From: Candidatus Jorgensenbacteria bacterium
Lineage (GTDB): Bacteria > Patescibacteriota > Minisyncoccia > UBA6257 > GWB1-50-10
Assembly (NCBI GenBank): GCA_043807585.1
Contig: JAZDFV010000002.1
Location: 25,581-89,580, forward strand
Length of the DNA stretch: 64,000 bases
Direction of reading: 5' to 3'
Part shown: in pieces, positions 9,344 to 17,904 of the stretch
How positions within the stretch are numbered: the stretch's first letter is position 1
Layout: each line of letters opens with the position of its first letter
Program-made: the position numbers and the translations under genes
Notes under the pieces: model-generated
The model's database searches: none
The model's input: only the letters and a program-made list of their open reading frames with translations
What the model was told of the DNA's origin: nothing

Positions 9344-10201
9344 ATGGCAAGAGTAATCGCCATCTTCAACCAGAAGGGGGGCGTGGGGAAAACTACGACC
9401 TCCATGAACCTCTCCGCGTACCTCGCGATGCGCGGCAAGAAAACGCTCCTCATTGATTTTGATCCGCAGTTCAACGCGACCATCGGCCTCGGGGTCACGC
9501 ATGCGCCGGACGAGACCGTCTACCACGCGCTCCTCGCGGGGCAGGACGTGGAGCGGGTGGTGAAACCCACCTATCTCACCCACTTCCACTTGGCGCCCTC
9601 CTCTGCGGACCTCGCGGGAGCACTTATAGAACTCGTTTATCTCCCGGACCGCGAGCAGTATCTCCAACACTTTGTGGAGAAGGTACGCGACCGCTACGAT
9701 TTCATTTTTATCGATCTTGGGCCCAACCTAAACCTCCTCACGGTGAACGGTCTTGTGGCGGCCGACGAGGTCATCGCTCCCATCCAGTGCGAGTATTTCA
9801 GCTTGGAGGGATTGAGCCAGCTCCTCCAAACCATCACCCTCGTGAGGGAGAATCTGGAGCATCCGCTTAAAGTCACGGGAGCGCTCCTCACTATGTACGA
9901 CAAACGGGAACGCCACTCCCGTGAGATCGCGCGCGAGGTGCGGCGGCGTTTCCCGCACAAAGTATTTGATGTGGAAATCCCGCGCTCGGTGGCGCTCGCG
10001 GAGGCACCCCACTACAAGAAACCAATCATGCTCTATGCGCCGCTCTCGCCCGGCGCCTTGGCCTATGAGGCGCTTGCCGATGAGGTGTTGCGGGAGGCGT
10101 ACGGTGTTCCCACGGCGGGGAGCGTACCGCCCGCGCCACCCATGCCAGCGGATTATCCACAATATCCCCGACTTGACCCCGTTAGAGACAGCCCGCCCTA
10201 A
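9344..10201 (+). CDS. parA: ParA/Soj chromosome-partitioning ATPase
   Basis: The ORF carries a deviant Walker A (NQKGGVGKTTT) and ParA-family sequence. The start was taken at MARVIAIF. Confidence 0.85.
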   Translation: MARVIAIFNQKGGVGKTTTSMNLSAYLAMRGKKTLLIDFDPQFNATIGLGVTHAPDETVYHALLAGQDVERVVKPTYLTHFHLAPSSADLAGALIELVYLPDREQYLQHFVEKVRDRYDFIFIDLGPNLNLLTVNGLVAADEVIAPIQCEYFSLEGLSQLLQTITLVRENLEHPLKVTGALLTMYDKRERHSREIAREVRRRFPHKVFDVEIPRSVALAEAPHYKKPIMLYAPLSPGALAYEALADEVLREAYGVPTAGSVPPAPPMPADYPQYPRLDPVRDSPP

Positions 10202-10247
10202 GGGTCCTTTGGACCGCGCTTGCGCGCGGGCGCGGTCTCTAACGGGG
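10177..10247. repeat. CCGTTAG-TIR element copy A
   Basis: ccccgttagagac ... gtctctaacgggg is a perfect 13-bp TIR enclosing a GC-rich palindromic core. Confidence 0.8.
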
Positions 10248-10780
10248 TTGACCCCACATACAACTTGATTAGGTGAGGGGTTGACCACTTTTTCTAATCA
10301 TTTATTATTGTATTCGGCTCGCGTTGATGTGGGTGCTTTTGCAGGGGGCGGCGCATCCGGCCGGTGCGTAGTTCACTGCGGGGCGTTCAATAAAACGCGG
10401 ACCCGCGTGTATACACGTGCGCTAAGACAGAGGAAAGTTGGCGGCACGCGCGCGGGGCACTACTTCACATTCCGAGTTGCTCTTTATATTTCTTTTATTT
10501 TAGAACCTCGGAATGATAAACGAAGGAACGCACCGTGCACGGGCGGCTATACGCCTCTGTTTTAGTTTCCGTTGCTGGACCAAAAATCCCCATGGTGTGG
10601 GGATTTTTGCTGTCAGCAACAGGACCCAGCACCAATTTCGCCGTAGCCCCCGGTAAATTGTGTTTTATGAATTGATTGCGGGTCGCGCTCGCGGCGCGCG
10701 CGTGCCGTATAGGCACACCCCGTTGTGGGCGAAGCGCGTCGCTGCTACGCACTCCGCGAAATTGGTGCTGTGGTGCAGAC

Positions 10781-10796
10781 GGGATATAATAAACTC
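10781..10796 (+). promoter_or_regulatory. putative -10 element (tataat) 7 nt upstream of the parB start
   Basis: The sequence reads gggatataataaactcATG. Confidence 0.4.
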
Positions 10797-11816
10797 ATGT
10801 CCGGCCTCGGTATTTTTTCACTCATTCCAAAAAAAGGAACCGATAAGAAAGAGCAGCTGCCTCCGGGCGGCGTGACCGCTCCCCCGGAGCGGGCATGGGA
10901 AACACGCGTTCCGGCCCACTCCGAGCGGGATCGGCAGGGCGGCGCGCTCCGCAACGGTTCGGCGGTTCTATCCTCAGCGCCGAAGGAGGGCGAACGGAGG
11001 CCCGGTTCCGAACGAAAGATATCAGATGGAAACGAAGCTATTTTCCACATTGAAGTCCACCTAATCAAGCCGAATCCGTTCCAGCCGCGGAGGGAGTTCA
11101 GCGAGATAAACATTGAGGAACTCGCCAGGTCCATCCGCGATTTCGGAATTCTCCAGCCCCTCGTGGTTTCCAAAGTGGTACGCGAGACGGAGGGAGGAAC
11201 CGCGGTGGAATACGAACTCATCGCCGGGGAGCGGCGCCTCCTCGCGGCAAGGAAACTCGGCTTGGAGCGTGTGCCAGTGGTGGTGAAGAGGGTGGATGAG
11301 AACCGGGCGAAGCTCGAGATGTCCTTGATCGAAAACCTCCAGCGGAGCGACCTCTCCGCGCTCGAAATGGCCCGCGCCTACGCGCGTCTCCAAGATGAGT
11401 TCGGGCTCTCCCAGCGTGAGGTGGCGGCGCGGGTGGGGAAGAGCCGCGAGGTGGTGGCGAATGCTCTCCGGCTTCTCGGTCTCCCCCAGGAGATACAGAT
11501 GGCGCTCGGGGCCGGCAGAATCAACGAATCGCAGGCGCGGGCACTCCTTGCCATCGGGAACGCGCCGGAGCAGGAGCGCGTTTTCCAGGAATTTCTCTCG
11601 CGGGGAGGTGCCGTACGCGCGCGACGCGAGAAAACGCCCACGCCGCCGGCGGATCCGGAGGGTGCGTTTTGGGAACGGCGTCTTGAAGAAAAGTTCGGGG
11701 CGCCGGTGAAGGTGGTAAAGAAAGGGAACCGCGGGAAAATCGAGATGCGCTTCCACTCCGAAGAAGAGTGGCACGGGCTGGTAGAAAAACTGGTGGGAGA
11801 AGGTTTGGCAGAATGA
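10797..11816 (+). CDS. parB: ParB/Spo0J partition protein
   Basis: ParB N-terminal box (LQPLVV...ELIAGERR) and an HTH are present. Confidence 0.85.
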   Translation: MSGLGIFSLIPKKGTDKKEQLPPGGVTAPPERAWETRVPAHSERDRQGGALRNGSAVLSSAPKEGERRPGSERKISDGNEAIFHIEVHLIKPNPFQPRREFSEINIEELARSIRDFGILQPLVVSKVVRETEGGTAVEYELIAGERRLLAARKLGLERVPVVVKRVDENRAKLEMSLIENLQRSDLSALEMARAYARLQDEFGLSQREVAARVGKSREVVANALRLLGLPQEIQMALGAGRINESQARALLAIGNAPEQERVFQEFLSRGGAVRARREKTPTPPADPEGAFWERRLEEKFGAPVKVVKKGNRGKIEMRFHSEEEWHGLVEKLVGEGLAE

Positions 11817-13156
11817 CCTCTCGCGCATCATTCACCCTCACCTGCCCGCTTCGCCTTGCGAAGCAAGGCGGGCGGGTTGAGCCCCGCAAAGGTTTTACCT
11901 TGATAGAGCTCCTCGTGGTCATCGCCATTCTTGGCACCATCGCCGTGGCCGTGGTTTTAGTCATCAACCCCGCCGAGCTTATCAAGCAGGCGCGGGACTC
12001 GACCCGCCTCGAGGACCTTGGAACCATCAATCGTATCCTCGGTCTCTTCCAGGCCGACCAAGTGGATGCCTTCATGGGCACCTCCTCAATCGTATACGTC
12101 TCGGTCCCCGATACCTCCGCCACCTGCGTGAACCTCGGCCTCCCGACGCTTCCCAGTGGTTGGAGCTACGCCTGTGCCCCCACGAGCACCCTTCAGAAGG
12201 CGGACGGCACGGGCTGGATTCCTGTGAATCTCACCGCCTTCTCCGCTGGTTCCCCCCTCTCCAAGTTCCCCGTGGACCCCGTGAACGCTACCTCCACGGG
12301 CGAATACTATGCCTACGTCACTGGCTCATCTTGGGAACTGACGGCTTTTCTCAAGTCCGACAAATACAAAATGGGCGGTGGGAGTGATAAAGCCAGCAAA
12401 GACAGTGGCCAACACCCCGAGCTCTATGAACTTGGCTCCACTCTCAAACTCACCCCGGTCACAAGAGACCCTTCTTTGGTCGGGTACTGGAAGCTTGATG
12501 AAACGAGCGGTACCCTCTATGACACATCTGGCCACGGGAACAACGGCACGCAATCGGGGGGTGTAACCTACGGCGCGACCGGCAAGGTGGGGAACGCTTT
12601 GAGTTTTGATGGGGTGGATGATTATGTTTCTACGATCCTCTCGCCGCCATCAACAGTTCCTGTGTCGGTTCTTCTCTGGATTTACCCCACTGACAATACT
12701 GTGTCTCATTGTGTTGTTTCTCGTCCCCCCGCTGGTTGGTTTCCCCTCTATGGGGTTTGTCCATATTTATCAACAAATGAAGTATATAACTATACTAACG
12801 GATTATACGGTCTATATCTACAGACGACGGAATCCTACGGCGCTGCTATGCGTGTTACTTCAAACGTTTCACCGCCCAACAACACTTGGAGTCAGGTGGG
12901 ATTTACCTATGACGGGAGTAGTTTCACCTTGTTTTACAACGGTCAAGCTACTGGGAAAACGCTTTGGTGCAAGACAGGGGGATGCAATGAGAATCAAAAC
13001 TATTTGAGTATCTCAGGTTCTCAGACACATTCTTTGGGTAAAGCAAATGATGCCTGGAAGTCAAACCTTTTCCAAGGCAGTATCGACGACATCCGTATCT
13101 ATAATCGTGCCCTCTCCGCGGCTGAAATTAGTGCTATTTACAGTGCCACGCAATAG
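11813..13156 (+). CDS. type IV pilin-like protein with C-terminal LamG/ConA-like lectin domain (copy 1)
   Basis: It has a prepilin leader (RKGFTLIELLVVIAIL) and a C-terminal LamG-like region (FDGVDDYV...IDDIRIYNRALSAAEISAIY). ATGA overlaps the parB stop. Confidence 0.75.
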   Translation: MTSRASFTLTCPLRLAKQGGRVEPRKGFTLIELLVVIAILGTIAVAVVLVINPAELIKQARDSTRLEDLGTINRILGLFQADQVDAFMGTSSIVYVSVPDTSATCVNLGLPTLPSGWSYACAPTSTLQKADGTGWIPVNLTAFSAGSPLSKFPVDPVNATSTGEYYAYVTGSSWELTAFLKSDKYKMGGGSDKASKDSGQHPELYELGSTLKLTPVTRDPSLVGYWKLDETSGTLYDTSGHGNNGTQSGGVTYGATGKVGNALSFDGVDDYVSTILSPPSTVPVSVLLWIYPTDNTVSHCVVSRPPAGWFPLYGVCPYLSTNEVYNYTNGLYGLYLQTTESYGAAMRVTSNVSPPNNTWSQVGFTYDGSSFTLFYNGQATGKTLWCKTGGCNENQNYLSISGSQTHSLGKANDAWKSNLFQGSIDDIRIYNRALSAAEISAIYSATQ

Positions 13157-13178
13157 CAAATTAATGACATCGTAAAGA

Positions 13179-14384
13179 ATGACCTCTTGCGCATCATTCA
13201 CCCTCATAGAGCTCCTCGTCGTGATAGCGATCCTGGGGGTCTTGGCCACAGTCGTCATCCTCGTCATCAACCCCGCCGAGCTCATCAAGCAGGCGCGGGA
13301 CTCGACCCGCCTCGAGGACCTTGGAACCATCAATCGTATCCTCGGTCTCTTCCAGGCCGACCAAGTGGATGCCTTCATGGGCACCTCCTCAATCGTATAC
13401 GCCTCGGTCCCCGATACCTCCGCCACCTGCGTGAACCTCGGCCTCCCGACGCTTCCCAGTGGTTGGAGCTACGCCTGTGCCCCCACGAGCACCCTTCAGA
13501 AGGCGGACGGCACGGGCTGGATTCCTGTGAATCTTACCGCCTTCTCCGCTGGTTCCCCCCTCTCCAAGTTCCCCGTGGACCCCGTGAACACCACCTCCAC
13601 GAGCCAGTACTACACCTATGTAACGGGGGGGAGTTGGGAGCTGACCGCAGTCACCGAATCCTCAAAGTATGCTTCCAAATCCTCATCTGATGGCGGGGTA
13701 GACCCCGCCATGCTTGAGGTAGGGTCCGATCCTGGACTCGATCTCTCGCCCTTCGCCCATGGGATGGTGGGGTATTGGATGTTTGATGAGACGGGCACGA
13801 CCGCCAATGACAGCTCGGGTTATGCAAACACTGGCACCATGTATTCATCTTCAACTATCTCCGACTTACATACTTCTTCTAATTGTAAAGCTGGAAGTTG
13901 TGTGAGTCTTGATGGGACAGATGATTATGTGAGAATTCCAACGCTAGGGCCTTATGGTAGCTTCACATACCTTGCATGGATAAAATCAACAAATATTAAC
14001 AGTCCTTCTACACAACCTATTATTCATGGTCCCTCTGAAGGATGGAATAGTTTTAATATTAACTCCTCGAAATTAAGATATGGTAGTTATGGTGGTGTTG
14101 GGTGCGGCGGTGCAAACTCATTCAGCAATACCTCTCTTGCATCTAATACATCTTATTTTGTCGCAATGACCTATAACAGGAACGGACAATGGCAATCCTT
14201 TATTAATGGAGCTCTTGACAGTAGTACCAACCATAATTGTTCTCCAGGGTCAGGAGTATACGATATCGGCTCTGCAAGTAGCTACTCAGCACAAAAGTTT
14301 TATGGGATCATCGACGACGTCCGCATCTACAACAGGGCACTATCGGCATCAGAAATTAGCGCTATTTACAATGCAACGCAATAA
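13179..14384 (+). CDS. type IV pilin-like protein with divergent C-terminal LamG-like domain (copy 2)
   Basis: The N-terminal roughly 140 codons are near-identical to copy 1 at nucleotide level, and the C-terminal half is different. Confidence 0.75.
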   Translation: MTSCASFTLIELLVVIAILGVLATVVILVINPAELIKQARDSTRLEDLGTINRILGLFQADQVDAFMGTSSIVYASVPDTSATCVNLGLPTLPSGWSYACAPTSTLQKADGTGWIPVNLTAFSAGSPLSKFPVDPVNTTSTSQYYTYVTGGSWELTAVTESSKYASKSSSDGGVDPAMLEVGSDPGLDLSPFAHGMVGYWMFDETGTTANDSSGYANTGTMYSSSTISDLHTSSNCKAGSCVSLDGTDDYVRIPTLGPYGSFTYLAWIKSTNINSPSTQPIIHGPSEGWNSFNINSSKLRYGSYGGVGCGGANSFSNTSLASNTSYFVAMTYNRNGQWQSFINGALDSSTNHNCSPGSGVYDIGSASSYSAQKFYGIIDDVRIYNRALSASEISAIYNATQ

Positions 14385-14427
14385 AGCATATCCGCATCTA
14401 CCAAAGCCCTATCTGGCACCACGAAAT

Positions 14428-14466
14428 AAACCCCCACACCCATGCATAGGTGTGGGGGTAAAATTT
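14428..14466 (+). terminator. rho-independent terminator-like hairpin
   Basis: The stem-loop is cccccacaccc-atgcata-gggtgtggggg followed by aaaatttt. Confidence 0.7.
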
Positions 14467-14510
14467 TCAATATTGATTTGATGAAACCGCCCTCAGTCAC
14501 CGGTGAGAGT

Positions 14511-14528
14511 GCTATGCTGTAGCATAGC
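14511..14528. promoter_or_regulatory. palindromic operator-like site GCTATGCTgTAGCATAGC (copy 1 of 3)
   Basis: It is an 18-bp palindrome with one mismatch, and the same palindrome occurs at 14611 and 15111. Confidence 0.55.
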
Positions 14529-14610
14529 GCCTGACTTGACCTTCATCTTCTTTCCATCCCGTTTCTTCTTTCCATCCCGCCTCCTCTTTTTCCATCCTGC
14601 CTTCCTGCCC

Positions 14611-14628
14611 GCTATGCTATAGCATAGC
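14611..14628. promoter_or_regulatory. palindromic operator-like site GCTATGCTATAGCATAGC (copy 2)
   Basis: It is a perfect 18-bp palindrome about 30 nt upstream of the TrpR-like gene. Confidence 0.55.
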
Positions 14629-14655
14629 AGCATGCTATACTAGTTTTGTGAATTT

Positions 14656-15108
14656 ATGAACAAAAAAGTCGCCGACAAGACGAACGAGATGAAGAAGGAA
14701 AAAAACGGGGTGATGCCGCTCGTCAGCGATTATTCTTCCCGGACAGAGTGGGAAACCGCTTGCTGGCGGAAGCTCCTCCAATCCAAAGAATTACTCCGAT
14801 TACTCGTTACTTCTCACGAACGTCATAACTTGGTAATGCGGGCCGCGGCTTTAGACCGACTTATTGCCGGTAAAAGCTACAAGCAAATTGGTAGAGAACT
14901 ATGGCTTTCGCCCCAAACCATCAGCGGTATCAAAAAAGCTCTAAAGGAAAAGAGCTATCAGAGCTATCAGAGCTATCAGAGCTATCTGGAGCGGAGTAAA
15001 AAAGAACGAAAAAAGAGAAAATACAGCTTCAATTCCCTCCCTGCCAAAGCAAGGTCTCGCGGCCGGCCTCACCGCACAAAGTACGGGACGATTTATCTGC
15101 CCTTCTAA
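14656..15108 (+). CDS. TrpR/YerC-YecD-like small DNA-binding protein
   Basis: An HTH region (SYKQIGRELWLSPQTISGIKKA) resembles the Trp-repressor/YerC family. It contains an SYQSYQSYQSY run encoded by a 9-nt tandem repeat. Confidence 0.6.
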   Translation: MNKKVADKTNEMKKEKNGVMPLVSDYSSRTEWETACWRKLLQSKELLRLLVTSHERHNLVMRAAALDRLIAGKSYKQIGRELWLSPQTISGIKKALKEKSYQSYQSYQSYLERSKKERKKRKYSFNSLPAKARSRGRPHRTKYGTIYLPF

Positions 15109-15110
15109 GT

Positions 15111-15128
15111 ACTATGCTATAGCATAGC
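15111..15128. promoter_or_regulatory. palindromic operator-like site (copy 3), immediately after the TrpR-like gene
   Basis: The sequence is actatgctatagcatagcgg. Confidence 0.5.
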
Positions 15129-15589
15129 GGGACAGATGAGTTTATTTATCAAGGAGGGATTTGCGGGCGAAACCGACTAAAACCGCATCCATCCTCCTTC
15201 GCTCCAACTTTTCGTCGGAGTTTCGGAAGGACAAGCAGCCGCGCCCTCCTTGCCTTCGCTCAATCCTCGGCAGGTGGGCCTGCCCGTCCGAAGCTGCAGC
15301 GGAGGAGGGTCCGCCGCAGAAATTCAGGCAATTTATAACCCCGCTCAATAGAGCCATCCCTGCCTGCCGCCCGCCCGTCGCCTGCCTGCCGGTAGGCAGG
15401 GTCGGCAGGACAGGCAGGTACAACGCAGGCCAATAATTAATCAAGGCGTACTTGTGCACCGCTCATCTTTTGGAGGATTGCCCCAAGGGTGAGGAGGATC
15501 GGTTCCGACCTCGCCTCTTGACAAGTCAAGGTTCCTCCCTATACTTATCAATTGTGATTAGCAACAAAAGGTCGTTGGTGCTAACAACC

Positions 15590-15696
15590 GATCCGAAACC
15601 ACGAATCCATCCGAATGCTCCGAATGAATCCGAATGTTTCGTAGCAATTTGTAGATTCGGATGTGTTCGTAGATTAGGATCGCGAAAGCGAAGCGC
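15590..15696. repeat. CCGAATG/CATTCGG word-palindrome upstream of groES
   Basis: ccgaatgctccgaatgaatccgaatg is followed by ttcggatg..ttcgtagattagg. Confidence 0.6.
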
Positions 15697-15990
15697 ATGT
15701 TCAAACCACTCTCAAATAAAGTATTCATAGAGGCGGCGGAGGATGAGCAGCAGAAGACCAAGTCTGGTATCGTGCTCCCCGAGACCGCCGAGAAGGAGAA
15801 ATTTGTGAAAGGTTCCGTGGTCGCGGTGGGGCCGGGTAAGATGAACGACAAAGGTGAGCGCCTACCCATGGCGGTGAAGGTTGGCGACCGCGTCCTTTTC
15901 AAGAAACCCTGGTCGGGGGATGAGCTTGAGGCGGACGGGAAGAAGCTCTTGGTGGTGGATGAGGAGGATATACTCGCGATCGTAGAATGA
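15697..15990 (+). CDS. groES: co-chaperonin GroES
   Basis: The 97-aa ORF has a GroES sequence. Confidence 0.95.
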   Translation: MFKPLSNKVFIEAAEDEQQKTKSGIVLPETAEKEKFVKGSVVAVGPGKMNDKGERLPMAVKVGDRVLFKKPWSGDELEADGKKLLVVDEEDILAIVE

Positions 15991-16000
15991 TCGCGACAAG

Positions 16001-16127
16001 CACCAAATCCCAAGCACCAAATCCCAAATAAACTCCAATCGCTGAAATCTTGGTACAATAATTGAGACGGTTTTGAATTTGGAATTTGAGATTTATTTGT
16101 AATTTGGAATTTGTGGTTTGGAATTTC
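16001..16127. repeat. CCAAAT/ATTTGG word-palindrome element (copy upstream of groEL)
   Basis: caccaaatcccaagcaccaaatcccaaat ... ttggaatttgagatttatttgtaatttggaatttgtggtttggaatttc; the same family occurs at 50641 and 56311. Confidence 0.75.
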
Positions 16128-16135
16128 AACTAATT

Positions 16136-17761
16136 ATGGCCAAAGAAATTAAATTCAACGAAGAGGCCCGCGTGGCCTTGAAGAAAGGCATTGATAAGCT
16201 TGCCGAGGCGGTCCGGATGACCCTGGGTCCGCGCGGCCGCGCGGTGGTCATAGAGAAGGGCTATGGCGCCCCGCAGGTGACCTTTGACGGTGTTACGGTG
16301 GCGAAGGAGATAGAGCTTGAAGGGAAGTACGAGAACCTCGGCGCAGAGTTCATCAAGCAGGCTGCCGAGAAAACGAACGACACGGTGGGAGATGGCACCT
16401 CGACGGCGGTGGTGTTGGCCCACGCGATGATAGAGGAGGGAGAAAAAGCCATCCGCGAGAAGGGGTTCAACGTCATCCACCTTGCGGAGGAGATCCGGAG
16501 GGCGAGCGAGAAGATCGTGAAATACCTCAACGAGCATAAAGAACCGATCAACGACAATAAGAAGGTGGAGGAGGTAGCGACCCTCTCCGCGAAGGATGCG
16601 GAGATAGGGAAGCTCATCGCCGAGGTGATGGCGAAGGTCGGCAAGGAGGGCGTGGTCTCGGTGGAGGATTCCAACACCATCGGGAATTCTTACGATATGG
16701 TGGAGGGACTCCAATTCGACCGCGGCTACATTTCACCCTACATGATCACCAACCAGGAGCGCATGGAGGCGGTCTTGGAAGACCCCTACATTCTCCTCAC
16801 GGATAAGAAAATTTCTTCCATCAACGATCTTCTGCCACTCCTGGAGAAGATCGTGACGAGCGGCAAGAAAGAGCTCCTCATCATCGCCGACGAGGTGGAG
16901 GGTGAAGCGCTCGCCACGCTCGTGGTGAACAAACTCCGCGGCGTCTTCAGCGTTTTGGCGGTGAAGGCACCCGGTTTCGGCGACCGGAAGAAAGAAATGC
17001 TTCAGGATATCGCCATTGTGACCGGTGCGACGTTCGTTTCGGAAGATCTCGGGAAGAAACTTGAGAATGTGAGCGTGGCGGAACTCGGCCACGCGCACCG
17101 CGTGGCGGCGACCAAGGACAATACCACCATCGTGGGCGGCAAAGGCGACAAAAAGCAAATCGAGGACCGCATCGCTCAGATCAAGACGCAGGTGAAGAAG
17201 ACCGACTCCGAGTTTGACAAGGAGAAATTGCAGGAGCGGCTGGGGAAGCTCGCGGGAGGTGTCGCGGTCATCAAGGTGGGTGCGCCTACGGAATCCGCCC
17301 AGAAAGAATTGAAGCAGAGGGTTGAGGACGCGGTAGCGGCGACCCGCGCGGCGATGGAGGAAGGTATTGTGCCGGGCGGCGGAATCGCGCTTTTCAACGC
17401 CACGAGTGCCCTGGCGGCCGGTTCTGGGGAGGCTCCGTCGGTTGAGGCGGAACTCATCCTCCGGAGGACATTGGAGGCGCCGCTCAAGGCGATTATCGCT
17501 AACAGCGGAGAATCACCGGATGGTATGATCCTGGAAATCAGGAAGCAGAATCCGAAGAACCCCTGGGTTGGCTTCAACGCGATGACGAACGCGATCGGAG
17601 ACCTCAAGGAGGCCGGTATCATTGATCCCCTGAAGGTGGTGAAGACAGCATTCGTAAACGCCGTTTCAGTTGCCGCGAACTACCTTACTATCGGCGCCGC
17701 TATCACCGAGATTCCGAAGAGGGAACCGCCCCCGCCGCCCGGCGGAATGGGGGAGTACTGA
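16136..17761 (+). CDS. groEL: chaperonin GroEL
   Basis: It is a full-length GroEL whose C-terminus is PPPPPGGMGEY. Confidence 0.95.
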   Translation: MAKEIKFNEEARVALKKGIDKLAEAVRMTLGPRGRAVVIEKGYGAPQVTFDGVTVAKEIELEGKYENLGAEFIKQAAEKTNDTVGDGTSTAVVLAHAMIEEGEKAIREKGFNVIHLAEEIRRASEKIVKYLNEHKEPINDNKKVEEVATLSAKDAEIGKLIAEVMAKVGKEGVVSVEDSNTIGNSYDMVEGLQFDRGYISPYMITNQERMEAVLEDPYILLTDKKISSINDLLPLLEKIVTSGKKELLIIADEVEGEALATLVVNKLRGVFSVLAVKAPGFGDRKKEMLQDIAIVTGATFVSEDLGKKLENVSVAELGHAHRVAATKDNTTIVGGKGDKKQIEDRIAQIKTQVKKTDSEFDKEKLQERLGKLAGGVAVIKVGAPTESAQKELKQRVEDAVAATRAAMEEGIVPGGGIALFNATSALAAGSGEAPSVEAELILRRTLEAPLKAIIANSGESPDGMILEIRKQNPKNPWVGFNAMTNAIGDLKEAGIIDPLKVVKTAFVNAVSVAANYLTIGAAITEIPKREPPPPPGGMGEY

Positions 17762-17904
17762 TGAGCAGTTGATAGAAAGTAGATAGTATTTAAGGAAGAA
17801 CGATTGACTACGAAAACGAAGCCGCTCTTGCTCTAAGGGCGGCTTTTGGTTTAGGGTGGGGGCAGTTCACTTCAGTCAAACAATTTCATATAGGAGGATT
17901 TGCC

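Noticed and set aside
10281-10565. 94-aa ORF in the parA-parB spacer
   Set aside because: It overlaps TIR/hairpin structures, has a compositionally biased translation and has no start context. It is treated as non-coding.
10260-10611. Known ncRNA (RNase P RNA, tmRNA, SRP RNA, 6S) in the parA-parB spacer
   Set aside because: I could not find the hallmark motifs (the RNase P GGAAAGUCCGGGCUCC or ACAGAACCCGGCUUA, the tmRNA tag-template and tRNA-like end, or the SRP domain IV). An Infernal scan is needed, and the region is left unannotated.
15142-15459. ORFs 15142..15459 (-) and 15161..15436 (+) in the GC-rich CAGGCAGG-word region after the TrpR-like gene
   Set aside because: The sequence is low-complexity repetitive (gcctgcc/ggcagg words plus a copy of the GCCCGTCCGAAGCT repeat). 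Mutually antisense ORFs have no start context or family similarity, so it is more likely a non-coding repeat region.
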